Assembly: GCA_964537895.1 (NCBI GenBank)
Contig: CAZIDK010000002.1
Coordinates: 82,684-146,683, forward strand
From: an uncultured Gammaproteobacteria bacterium
GTDB lineage: Bacteria; Patescibacteriota; Microgenomatia; Levybacterales; UBA12049
Length of the DNA: 64,000 nucleotides
Direction of reading: 5' to 3'
Below are positions 35,918 through 47,304 of this stretch, piece by piece (position 1 is the first letter of the stretch; every line of letters begins with the position of its first letter). The translations under genes were made by a program, and so were the position numbers. The notes below the pieces were generated by a model. The model was not told the DNA's origin. It searched no databases and worked only from the letters and a program-made list of their open reading frames with translations.

Positions 35918-37433
35918 TAGCGAAGAAATTATAAAACAATTGGAAAAAGGTTTATCTACTTTTAACCTTGATACCAAATTACAAAACGTAGGCACGGTTC
36001 AAAAGAATACAGATGGGGTCATTGTTGCTTCCGGCCTATCTAAAGCGTTTATGGGCGAACTGGTGGCCTTTGACGATGGTACAAAAGGAGTAATACTTAA
36101 TCTTGATGAGGATACTGTTTCAATTATACTTTTAGACTCGGGTAAACAGATAAAAGAAGGCGACAGGATAAAAACAACCGGAAGATTACTTTCCATAAAT
36201 GTGTCCGAAGATTATTTGGGAAGAGTTATTAATCCGCTTGGAATCCCAATAGACGGCAAATCAAAACCCAAAAAAGGCAAGGATATGCCGTTGGAAAAAA
36301 TTGCGGCCGGTGTAGTTGAGAGAGAACCTGTAAATACTCCTCTTAAAACAGGGATTAAAGCAATTGACGCAATGATTCCCATAGGCCGTGGTCAACGTGA
36401 GTTAATAATCGGAGACCGGGGATTTGGAAAAACTGCCATCGCCATAGACACAATCATAAACCAAAAACAAAGCGCGAAAACTACAAAATTAAGACAAGTT
36501 CTTTGCGTGTACGTAGCCATCGGCCAAAAACAAAGTACAATCGCCCAAGTCGTGGAAAAACTAAAAGAAAAAGGTGCCATCGACTATACGGTAGTACTAG
36601 CTGCTTCGGCTTCTGACCCCGCTTCCTTACAATATCTGGCTCCTTATGCCGGTTCCGCTATTGCCGAATATTTTTTGGAAAAAGGCGAAGATGTTTTAGT
36701 AGTTTACGACGATTTAACCAAACACGCCTGGGCCTACAGACAGCTTTCCCTTGTTTTAAAAAGACCTGCGGGAAGAGAGGCCTATCCGGGAGATATCTTC
36801 TACCTTCATAGCAGACTGCTGGAAAGAGCTGTCAAATTAAACAAACAAAACGGCGGCGGGTCTATAACCGCGCTGCCCATTATTGAAACCCAAGCAAACG
36901 ACGTTTCCGCCTATATTCCAACCAACGTTATCTCAATAACCGACGGCCAAATATACCTTGAGGGCGATTTGTTTAACAGTGGCATAAGACCTGCTATTAA
37001 TATCGGCATTTCCGTTTCAAGGGTAGGGGGATCGGCACAAACTCAAGCAATCAAATCTGTTGCGGGAAAAATGAAACTTGAACTGTCTCAATACAGGGAA
37101 ATGGCTGCTTTTGCTCAATTCGGAAGTGAATTAGATCAGGTAACAATGCAGCAGCTCGAAAGAGGCAAAAGAACAACGGAAATTTTAAAACAACCTCAAT
37201 ATCAATCGCTTTCGGATGCTTTTGAGTACTTAAGCATGTGGTCGGTAACAAACGGACACCTGGACCAAATACCCGTAGAAAGTATTCAAAAATTTGAAAA
37301 AGAATATCACAGCTTTATAAAAATTAATTATCCAAAAATAACAGATGCCCTATCAACAGGCGATAAACCAAGCGAGGAAATCTTAAAGCAACTTGAAAAA
37401 GCAACTATAGAATTTAAGAAGGGATTTTCATAA
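35901..37433 (+). CDS. atpA: F0F1 ATP synthase subunit alpha
   Basis: P-loop GDRGFGKTAIAIDTIINQ. Confidence 0.9.
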   Translation: MNSMIDSEEIIKQLEKGLSTFNLDTKLQNVGTVQKNTDGVIVASGLSKAFMGELVAFDDGTKGVILNLDEDTVSIILLDSGKQIKEGDRIKTTGRLLSINVSEDYLGRVINPLGIPIDGKSKPKKGKDMPLEKIAAGVVEREPVNTPLKTGIKAIDAMIPIGRGQRELIIGDRGFGKTAIAIDTIINQKQSAKTTKLRQVLCVYVAIGQKQSTIAQVVEKLKEKGAIDYTVVLAASASDPASLQYLAPYAGSAIAEYFLEKGEDVLVVYDDLTKHAWAYRQLSLVLKRPAGREAYPGDIFYLHSRLLERAVKLNKQNGGGSITALPIIETQANDVSAYIPTNVISITDGQIYLEGDLFNSGIRPAINIGISVSRVGGSAQTQAIKSVAGKMKLELSQYREMAAFAQFGSELDQVTMQQLERGKRTTEILKQPQYQSLSDAFEYLSMWSVTNGHLDQIPVESIQKFEKEYHSFIKINYPKITDALSTGDKPSEEILKQLEKATIEFKKGFS

Positions 37434-37499
37434 ATCCTGCACTTTTTCGCAGCATAATATTGTGTTTAAACGAACAAGTAGCAGGTTAAAGTGCAGGAT
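37434..37499. promoter_or_regulatory. 12 bp perfect inverted repeat between atpA and atpG
   Basis: ATCCTGCACTTT ... AAAGTGCAGGAT, separated by about 42 nt. Confidence 0.3.
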
Positions 37500-37504
37500 A
37501 AATT

Positions 37505-39764
<2,260 letters not shown>

Positions 39765-39827
39765 ATCCTTCACTTTTATGCTAAACTTATTTGCTAACAA
39801 TTTTTTAAGAAAGAAAGTGAAGGATAA

Positions 39828-40244
39828 ATGAATCTTCTTCTTGAAATTATTACTCCGGAAAAAGTTGTTCTAAAGGACGAGGTTGATGAAATAATTGTTC
39901 CCACCGTAACCGGAGAAATTGCAATTTTATCAAATCATACACAGCTTTTGACGAAAATAAATCCCGGCGAGTTAGTCATTAAAAAAAATGGCAAAAGTCA
40001 ATCGTTTGCCATACTGGGAGGATTTTTGGAAGTAATTAATAACCATATCAGCGTCCTTGCCGATTATGCTATAAGAGCCGAGGACATTGAAATTGCAAAA
40101 GTGCAAGAAGCACAGGAAAGAGCCAGGCAAAAAATGAAACAAAAAGATACGGAGCAAAACTTTAGAGTCGCCGAAGCAGAGCTTAGAAAATCTCTTTTGC
40201 AGCTTAAGGTAGCCCGCAAGCATAAAATTAAATATACCCCTTAA
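39828..40244 (+). CDS. atpC: F0F1 ATP synthase subunit epsilon
   Basis: N-terminal beta-sandwich, C-terminal helical hairpin, 138 aa. Confidence 0.8.
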   Translation: MNLLLEIITPEKVVLKDEVDEIIVPTVTGEIAILSNHTQLLTKINPGELVIKKNGKSQSFAILGGFLEVINNHISVLADYAIRAEDIEIAKVQEAQERARQKMKQKDTEQNFRVAEAELRKSLLQLKVARKHKIKYTP

Positions 40245-40280
40245 TTTGCCTAAACGCTCTAAATTTCATAGAATAAGGTA

Positions 40281-40322
40281 CTGCCGGAGTAACTCAGGGA
40301 ACGGAGCAAAGCGAGTTCGCCT
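40281..40322 (+). pseudogene. tRNA 5'-half-like fragment 1
   Basis: gccggagtaactcagggaacggagcaaagcgagttcgcctgc, a degenerate acceptor and D-arm. Shares its start (gccgnagtaactcag) and its end (ttcgcctgc) with fragment 2. Confidence 0.4.
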
Positions 40323-40440
40323 GCTTGATCGCGTCAGACGCGACTTGACAGACGCGACGAGCAAGTGTTTCGTCCCAGCATTTTCTTGCAAATTTTGATA
40401 AAATTTGCTTAGAAATGCGGGATCCCGTAAATCTAAGCTT

Positions 40441-40479
40441 GCCGAAGTAACTCAGCGGTAGAGTAGCTCTTTCGCCTGC
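40441..40479 (+). pseudogene. tRNA 5'-half-like fragment 2
   Basis: gccgaag-ta-actc-agcggta-gagt-a-gctct-ttcgcct aligns position by position with nt 1-37 of the adjacent tRNA-Thr and breaks off after the anticodon-loop position. Confidence 0.5.
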
Positions 40480-40487
40480 CCGCCATC

Positions 40488-40559
40488 GCCAACATAGCTC
40501 AGTGGCAGAGCAGCTGTTTCGTAAACAGCAGGTCGTTGGTTCGATCCCAACTGTTGGCT
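40488..40559 (+). tRNA. tRNA-Thr (anticodon CGT)
   Basis: GCCAACA/TGTTGGC acceptor, D-stem GCTC/GAGC, anticodon stem GCTGT/ACAGC with loop TTCGTAA, T-arm GTTGG-TTCGATC-CCAAC. Confidence 0.8.
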
Positions 40560-40582
40560 CAGGCAAGCAAGATTTACTGGGA

Positions 40583-40621
40583 TAAACAGCAGGTCCTCGG
40601 TTCAATCCCGAGAGACGGCTC
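40583..40621 (+). pseudogene. tRNA 3'-half-like fragment 1
   Basis: aacagcaggtc matches tRNA-Thr from position 38 on. The T-arm CTCGG-TTCAATC-CCGAG has compensatory changes. Preceded by gatttactgggata. Confidence 0.5.
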
Positions 40622-40647
40622 AATAAACGGCTGAATTTACCGGGATA

Positions 40648-40686
40648 AACACTAGGTCGCAGGTTCGATTCCCGCCATCGGCTCTG
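40648..40686 (+). pseudogene. tRNA 3'-half-like fragment 2
   Basis: aacactaggtc, then T-arm GCAGG-TTCGATT-CCCGC and an acceptor-like 3' end catcggctc. Preceded by gaatttaccgggata. Confidence 0.45.
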
Positions 40687-40702
40687 AATTTGTAATATAA
40701 TT

Positions 40703-41425
40703 GTGAATATGTCTAAAAGAAGATCAAGATTAAGTCTTAAAACGGAAAAAAGAACCCGTAAGACAATTTTCTTAACCAGTCTTGGAATACTGATAATTTT
40801 AATTTTGCTTATTAAGTTTGGCATTAATATACTGGTCGGTTTTAGTGTTTTTTTGGCAGGCACTAAGAATCAAGCTTTGACAACATCTAGCTCTTCTAGT
40901 AACACCTTTATCGCTCCCCCGGTTCTAAATCCTCTTCCTAGCGCCACAAACAGCGCCAGGATTGTAATTTCGGGTAAGTCCCAATCTGATAAAACAGTTA
41001 AACTTTATATAAATAACGATTTAAAAGATACAACTCAAGCCGACAAAGACGGGAATTTTTCATTTATTCAAACTCTTTCTGCCGGAGACAACCGGATTGA
41101 AACAAAAGCTGATAAAAATAATAAATCCAGTGATTTTTCCAATAGCTTTACTGTTTTTTTGAAAAATAACGCACCTTCTTTGACCGTAGACTTTCCTTCC
41201 AACGGACAATCATTTTCAAAAGATCAAAACAGCGTTAACGTAAAAGGAAAAACAGATTCGGAAACAAGCGTTACTGTTAATGGCTTTTGGGCAATTATAG
41301 ATGAGAACAGCAATTTCTCTTACAATCTTCCCCTTCAGAATGGAGACAATCAAATAAAAATAACCGCTACAGATCAGGCCGGAAACAAAACCGAAAAGGA
41401 TTTAAAAGTTACCTATTCTCAGTAA
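40703..41425 (+). CDS. Membrane-anchored surface protein with Ig-like (Big) beta-sandwich repeats
   Basis: N-terminal TM helix, then two repeats of about 90 aa each ending in the pattern DKDGNFSF / ENSNFSY. Confidence 0.4.
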   Translation: MNMSKRRSRLSLKTEKRTRKTIFLTSLGILIILILLIKFGINILVGFSVFLAGTKNQALTTSSSSSNTFIAPPVLNPLPSATNSARIVISGKSQSDKTVKLYINNDLKDTTQADKDGNFSFIQTLSAGDNRIETKADKNNKSSDFSNSFTVFLKNNAPSLTVDFPSNGQSFSKDQNSVNVKGKTDSETSVTVNGFWAIIDENSNFSYNLPLQNGDNQIKITATDQAGNKTEKDLKVTYSQ

Positions 41426-42608
41426 GTCCCGTTACAATCCATATCCATTGAAAAATTAACACATAAAATAGACTATTTATAAATAAACTATTAAAAATTA
41501 ATCCCGCAAGCGAAGAAAAAAATATTATTGAAAAGACGTTATTTTTTAGATTTTTTTTAGCAAGCAAAAATAAATTATAAAGCAAGTAAGTATAGGCCCC
41601 AAATCCGACAATCCCTGTTGTCGCAAGAATAAAAAGGAAGCTGTTATCGGTTCCTGCTCCCGAGTGAGTAATTTGCCAGATTTTATTATTTAAACCATAT
41701 TTATTTTGCGCGTATCGGTATGCGTTAAAACCAACACCGAATACCGGACTGCTTTGAAATATTTTTAAAGCAACTTGTGAAGATTCTATTCTTTGCTGGC
41801 TTGAAAATGTTCTAAACAAATTAGTTCCTTCGGTTTGAAACGATTTTGGTATTATAAAAATAATTAGTAAAAGAAGTGTTATTGAGGCAGCTATCATCTT
41901 TTTTCTGCCAATTAAGAAAAGAAACGTTGCGGTGCTTAAAATAAGCATAATTAAAGCGCTTCTTGAATAAGTCAAATAAACTGCGATTAAAACAAAAACT
42001 CCCAATACGCTCAACACAAAACTATGCAAAAGTAATTTCTTTCTAAGAAAATCGTAAGTTAATCCCAAAATGAATATAAAAAACAGAACAAAAAAGCTAC
42101 CGGCAAAATTTGGATCAAGAAAACTGGAAAACATTCTGTAAAGATGCTCATCCCATCCTAAATAAAATAAATTTTTCAAACTGGGATATAAAAAATATTG
42201 CGCGTAGCCGGCTACAACAAATAATAATCCTGAAAACAATAATAAGTAAGGGATTTTATTTCTAAACTCTTTATTAAAACCCCTAACAATAAAAAACAGC
42301 AGGGCATACATTACCCATCTTAACAGGTATAAGAATGAAATTAAAAAATCTGTAACTGAAAGATTTGCTATGTTTAAAACAAGTGAAATTAAGGCGACCG
42401 TAATAAAAATAAGTATTGGTTTAGCAAGGCTATTTTTATTAATCCCCTTCTTATTCAAAACGTGATAAGAAACCCAGGCAACAATTAAGGCTATTAAAAA
42501 AACATCGTTTATGGAAAATGCAACGCCATTTGGAAACTGAAACCTGCCAATTTCAGCAATTGGAAAACTCATAATTAATAATGAAAAAATAGTTTTTAAT
42601 ACGACCAT
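41409..42608 (-). CDS. O-antigen ligase / Wzy-like polytopic membrane protein
   Basis: About 10-12 TM helices with one larger periplasmic loop, sitting in a glycan-assembly gene context. Confidence 0.4.
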   Translation of the reverse strand: MVVLKTIFSLLIMSFPIAEIGRFQFPNGVAFSINDVFLIALIVAWVSYHVLNKKGINKNSLAKPILIFITVALISLVLNIANLSVTDFLISFLYLLRWVMYALLFFIVRGFNKEFRNKIPYLLLFSGLLFVVAGYAQYFLYPSLKNLFYLGWDEHLYRMFSSFLDPNFAGSFFVLFFIFILGLTYDFLRKKLLLHSFVLSVLGVFVLIAVYLTYSRSALIMLILSTATFLFLIGRKKMIAASITLLLLIIFIIPKSFQTEGTNLFRTFSSQQRIESSQVALKIFQSSPVFGVGFNAYRYAQNKYGLNNKIWQITHSGAGTDNSFLFILATTGIVGFGAYTYLLYNLFLLAKKNLKNNVFSIIFFSSLAGLIFNSLFINSLFYVLIFQWIWIVTGLTENR

Positions 42609-44245
42609 TCTTGTCCTCCTAAAGAATAAAGTTTTACTTTTGTAATCGGATTATAATAGATTTGCTGCCAATTATTAAATTTTTTAGGTAGGTCGCTATT
42701 TTGAATACCAATATAATTAAATTTATCCCCTTTCTTCACCCAGCTTGAGTCAATAAACGGAAAATCTACATAAAATAAATTATGGAATCCAAAAAGAAGA
42801 ACTTTATCCGTAGGTTTTATATTATTTTTAAAATAATTATCTGTATCGTAAAAGTCTCCAAATGCAAAATTTAAGTTTTTTGTTAAAAACTCTGCTTTTG
42901 TTTCTTTTCCTAAAACAACGGGTATATATTTTTTGTTTGCCAATGTTCTATATCCGATTGAAGTCAAGCTTATGAATATAATTATCATTAATAGAAAATT
43001 TTTAAGTTTAATATTCTTAAGCTTACCTACCGAATAAACCGCTAAAACAGAAAACGCGGGAAGATACGGAAGTATAAATCTTCCTCCGCCGATTCTAGGC
43101 GTCAAATACCATAATAATAAGCCTAATAATGAGTACATATAAATAATTTTAAATTCTCTCTTAGCTTTTGTGAAAAAAATAAACAATAGAGGTAAAACAG
43201 CTAAATAAATAGGAGATATAGGATCATTAGAATATATAAAAAGGTTTAATAAATCATTCATTACGTTTGAAATGTTTGGCAAACTAAAACCGGTTCCTAT
43301 ATCTATACTTTTGCTAAAAAATGGATAAAAAGGATTGCCGGTATTAATAAAGGCAAAAATAAACCAAGGCAAAGGAACTAAGATAGAAAAAAAGCAAAAA
43401 TATAAAATATTAGTAATCAAATAATGAATTTTTTCTTTATTCATTAAATATAAATATATAAAAAGTGAGATAAATATGAAGACTGATTCCAAGGCTATTA
43501 TTTTTGCTGAAATAGCCAGTCCCAACATTGTTCCGGAAATTGCTAACCATTTTCTTTGCTTATTTTCCATCCATTTTAAGAATCCCCAAAGAGCCAGCAC
43601 TTCAAAAAATGTTCTTGCTAAATCAATGTATGCAGTTATAGATTCCCAACCGACAACCAAATTGGAATAAAAAATTAAAGCGGCAAGTAAGGATAAATTT
43701 TTCGATAAATATTTTTTTGACAGTTTATAAATTACTACTAACGTCAATATTCCAAATATAAAATGTATAAGCTTAGCACCTAACTCGTTTCCAAACAAGA
43801 GTAAAGGAATATACAACATTTCTGTCAATTTTGGCATATCAGAATAAAATAAAAGGTTTCCGGGAATATGAAAAATGGCATATTGCAGGATATATAGCTT
43901 TGGAAGAGTTAAATGATACCAAAGCGCATCAAAAGAAATTTCCGGTCCCAAAACGCCTATTAAATTAATACTGATCTGCAGAATAAATATCAGAACTAAT
44001 AACGATTCAAATCTATTATTCTTTATATAATTTAATACATATCTTGGATTTATTGTTTTAGCGGTTTCTCTTAAAGACGCTAATTTTTTAAAAAGCTTAA
44101 CTAGCTTATTTTTATAGTAAAAGCCAATTATAAAAATAAAGATCAGAGTTATAGATGTGAGGACGGATTTATATATTAGTCCCAAAACTCCAAGTGAAAA
44201 AATGAGATATGAATAAGTTCCAATCAAAATAGCTAACGAAAACAT
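42596..44245 (-). CDS. GT-C-fold membrane glycosyltransferase (PMT/ArnT-like)
   Basis: Polytopic N-terminal region with an acidic first loop, then a soluble C-terminal domain. Confidence 0.4.
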   Translation of the reverse strand: MFSLAILIGTYSYLIFSLGVLGLIYKSVLTSITLIFIFIIGFYYKNKLVKLFKKLASLRETAKTINPRYVLNYIKNNRFESLLVLIFILQISINLIGVLGPEISFDALWYHLTLPKLYILQYAIFHIPGNLLFYSDMPKLTEMLYIPLLLFGNELGAKLIHFIFGILTLVVIYKLSKKYLSKNLSLLAALIFYSNLVVGWESITAYIDLARTFFEVLALWGFLKWMENKQRKWLAISGTMLGLAISAKIIALESVFIFISLFIYLYLMNKEKIHYLITNILYFCFFSILVPLPWFIFAFINTGNPFYPFFSKSIDIGTGFSLPNISNVMNDLLNLFIYSNDPISPIYLAVLPLLFIFFTKAKREFKIIYMYSLLGLLLWYLTPRIGGGRFILPYLPAFSVLAVYSVGKLKNIKLKNFLLMIIIFISLTSIGYRTLANKKYIPVVLGKETKAEFLTKNLNFAFGDFYDTDNYFKNNIKPTDKVLLFGFHNLFYVDFPFIDSSWVKKGDKFNYIGIQNSDLPKKFNNWQQIYYNPITKVKLYSLGGQEWSY

Positions 44246-44351
44246 ATCCCCCCTCTACAAAGCAAATATTCTATGTAGAGAAATATTACAATGAAAACAA
44301 AAAATACATAAAGCGGGATAAGAATTTTCTTAGATAATTTTAATTTGACAA

Positions 44352-45104
44352 TTAGTTTTTGCTTTTGTAGGTCCATAATTTGGCTCTGACTAAAAATGAA
44401 TGAAAACTCATCATAATTGCAAAAACCAAGCCTTCGATTCCATCTAAAAATCCCAGCTTCAGAAAATAATTTAAGAAAAACTTTGCCTTTGGATATAAAA
44501 CTATTTTATAAAAATTAGTTCTAATGCCACTGTCATAAAGTTCTTTTGCTCTCAAGTCCGTATAATAATTTATTTCTCTTAAAAAACTCCCGATAGCCTG
44601 ATGGGGATAATGTAAAAGCGGCATTTTGAAATTTCCTAAATTTCCGCTTATTTTCCAAACTTCGTGAACCCTACCATGCCAAACTCCGGCGTTTTTCTTT
44701 GCAAATCTCAAAAGCTTGATATTTCCAGTCTCTCCATGCTTTAATTCTTTTCCCCACAAAATATCCCTTCTTTTTATGTAAAACCCACTGAATTCTATAT
44801 TTTTTGAAGAAACACAATCCATTATTTCCCCCTTTAAGCTATTGCTAGGCCTTTCGTCGGCATCTACAAACAATATCCACTCCCCTCTTGCTTTAGATAA
44901 ACCAAAGTTTCTCTGTGCAGAAAAGTCTCCCTGAAGCTCATGCTGGAATATTTTTACTCTTGGATTAAAGTTTTTAATTACTTGTAACGTTCTATCTGTG
45001 GAAAAATCATCAACTACGATTATTTCATCGCACCAGTCAATGCTTTCTAAACAATCTACGATATTGTTTTCTTCATTTTTAGTTAAAATTATTGTGCTAA
45101 TCAT
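44352..45104 (-). CDS. Glycosyltransferase family 2
   Basis: N-terminal ISTIILTKNEE...IIVVDDFSTD (DxD region). Confidence 0.6.
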   Translation of the reverse strand: MISTIILTKNEENNIVDCLESIDWCDEIIVVDDFSTDRTLQVIKNFNPRVKIFQHELQGDFSAQRNFGLSKARGEWILFVDADERPSNSLKGEIMDCVSSKNIEFSGFYIKRRDILWGKELKHGETGNIKLLRFAKKNAGVWHGRVHEVWKISGNLGNFKMPLLHYPHQAIGSFLREINYYTDLRAKELYDSGIRTNFYKIVLYPKAKFFLNYFLKLGFLDGIEGLVFAIMMSFHSFLVRAKLWTYKSKN

Positions 45105-45105
45105 A

Positions 45106-47298
45106 TTACTTTCTCACAACTATTCCCTTTTTAGTTTCCGAAATAATAATCTTAAGTTTAACATTTTTTTCTGCTGGAGGATGCTTTTTCCACCATAATA
45201 AATACTCATAATTCATCGTAAAACTTTCGAACTGGCTTCCCGAACCCATACCTATTAAATTATATTCCTCGCCATTAGCTAATTCAATTATTTTATCTAC
45301 CGCACTTATTCTTTGTGTAAATCCGTTTGTTTGGCTGCTTTTAAAGCTGGCATAGGAATTAAAAACAACTATCAGAAAAAAAGCAACCATTGAAACAGTT
45401 CTTATCTTCTCTCTGCCCAGTAAATAATCAAAAAATAAAGCTATAAGTAAAATTATTAAAGGAAAGGTTATGGGCAGGTAAGCATCTGAAGGAGACTTAT
45501 TTATCAATATTCCGCCAATTGAAGTTAGCAAAAATATTAAAAGCAGTAGTTTCGGATTTTCCAAATTAAAATTATTTTTTTTAAGTAAATCCTTAACTGC
45601 AATAACAACCGATAAACTAAAAAGAAAAAGAGCTATGGCAAGACTTGCTTCAAACGTGATTTTCTGCATGCTTTGCAGTAAGAACTTAACCACAACGGCA
45701 ATGCCTGAATTAGCTCCTTCCAGAGAATGTTTAAATAAAAAGCTAAAGGGCTTATATATAAAAACCCATCCTAAAAAAACAAGAGTTTGTTTGAATCCGT
45801 TTGTAAAATCGTAAACAATAATTGGCGCCATTACGGTAATAAGCCCTGTTATTGAATAAATGAATATTTTTCTATTCAAGATATTTTTTATCCAGTGTTT
45901 TCTTTTATAAAGACCGTATAAAAATATAAAAAATAAAGGGAAAAAGAGGCTAAACGTTGCAAGCTCCAAATTGTAAAGAAGTGAAAGTAATATTACTATT
46001 AGCGGAAAATACAAAGCCTGCCCCTTCAGCCATTTATAAATACAGTAAAAATATAATATTGTAAAAAATGGAACTACGGAAGGATCAAAAGGCATCCTCT
46101 CAAAAAAAACAATAAGAGGCGAAACCGCGTATAAAGATGCCGCTACTATTCCTACCCTTTGAGAAAACATTTCCGAACCCAATTTATACATCAAAAAAGT
46201 AGCTCCGACTCCAAATGCTGCAGTAAGTAGTCCTCCTGATATTGGATTAAAATTTCCTAATAAAAGAGCTACGGAAAGCATATATGTCCATAAAGGTCCC
46301 TGATGGAGCCATGTATGGCTCGACGTTATGCCGACAAGCGGAATTTTTCCTTCTATAAGTAAATCTCTTGCCGATAGGTAAAACCACCCCTGGTCTCCGA
46401 TAAAAACCATGCTTTGGGAAAGATTGTAAATTCTAAGAAATAAAGCTAGTAATAATGTTAATAATATCAAGAAGAAAGTCTTATTAATTCTTAAAAATGC
46501 CTCGACCAGTAATGCCTTAACAATACCGTAATGTTTTTTAAAGTACAAAAACCTGCTTCTTGAAAAAATTTTATTTGAATTTCTTAATTGCTTGGTGCTG
46601 GCGCCTACTTCATGAAATATTTTTGCTTTTGATAAAAGATAAATCTTGTAACCTAATTTCCTGACCCGGTTAGATACGTCATCTTCCTCAAAGTATAGGA
46701 AAAACTTTTCGTCAAAACCGTTTATTTTATCAAACAATTTACGGGAAATCATAAACGCGGTACCAGGGCAGACCTCTATCTCTTTAAGTGCTGTATGATT
46801 CCAATCTTTTAGCCAATACTCTCTTGAAAAACGATTCTTCGGAAATATTTTTTCAATAAATGAAAGGCAGATTATACCCTTGAGCGGGGTAAGTTCACTT
46901 GTCCCTTGAAGAACAAACGGCTTTTCGTCTTTATCCACCAACAAGGGAGATACAATGCCTACATTTTTGTTTCTAGTGAGAAAACTCGCTAATTCGTCAA
47001 TCGTGTTCTTGAAAACCAGAGTATCAGGATTTAAAATAAATAAATATTCCCCTTTTGCATATTTTGCCCCCAAATTATTTCCTCCGCCGTATCCTAGATT
47101 AGATGGACTTTTTATATATTTAACGTCAGGAAATAATTTTAACAATTCTTTCTCTATTACACTTTCTTCATCGTTATCGACGACTATAATTTCAAAAGAA
47201 GTTTTAGGTTTTGAGTCGTATATTGAGTTTATGCAGGCAAAAAGTCTTTCTTTTACTTTATAATTTACTATAATTATTGAGACCTTTAGATTTTTCAT
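45106..47298 (-). CDS. Fusion protein: N-terminal GT2 domain plus C-terminal polytopic GT-C-like membrane domain
   Basis: VSIIIVNYKVKE...VVDNDEES GT2 core, followed by about 12 TM helices. Confidence 0.5.
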   Translation of the reverse strand: MKNLKVSIIIVNYKVKERLFACINSIYDSKPKTSFEIIVVDNDEESVIEKELLKLFPDVKYIKSPSNLGYGGGNNLGAKYAKGEYLFILNPDTLVFKNTIDELASFLTRNKNVGIVSPLLVDKDEKPFVLQGTSELTPLKGIICLSFIEKIFPKNRFSREYWLKDWNHTALKEIEVCPGTAFMISRKLFDKINGFDEKFFLYFEEDDVSNRVRKLGYKIYLLSKAKIFHEVGASTKQLRNSNKIFSRSRFLYFKKHYGIVKALLVEAFLRINKTFFLILLTLLLALFLRIYNLSQSMVFIGDQGWFYLSARDLLIEGKIPLVGITSSHTWLHQGPLWTYMLSVALLLGNFNPISGGLLTAAFGVGATFLMYKLGSEMFSQRVGIVAASLYAVSPLIVFFERMPFDPSVVPFFTILYFYCIYKWLKGQALYFPLIVILLSLLYNLELATFSLFFPLFFIFLYGLYKRKHWIKNILNRKIFIYSITGLITVMAPIIVYDFTNGFKQTLVFLGWVFIYKPFSFLFKHSLEGANSGIAVVVKFLLQSMQKITFEASLAIALFLFSLSVVIAVKDLLKKNNFNLENPKLLLLIFLLTSIGGILINKSPSDAYLPITFPLIILLIALFFDYLLGREKIRTVSMVAFFLIVVFNSYASFKSSQTNGFTQRISAVDKIIELANGEEYNLIGMGSGSQFESFTMNYEYLLWWKKHPPAEKNVKLKIIISETKKGIVVRK

Positions 47299-47304
47299 AA
47301 ATAA

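Noticed and set aside
40571-40700. Possible mini-CRISPR (direct repeats gaatttac(c/t)gggataaaca about 62 bp apart)
   Set aside because: There are only 2.5 repeats of about 19 bp. The so-called spacers are tRNA 3' halves, and there are no cas genes. It is better explained as tRNA-fragment junction repeats.
40294-40863. 189 aa minus-strand ORF
   Set aside because: It spans the tRNA-Thr gene and all the tRNA-fragment repeats, has a GC-rich low-complexity translation, and runs antisense to the start of the 40703 gene. It is an artefact of the stop-free tRNA region.
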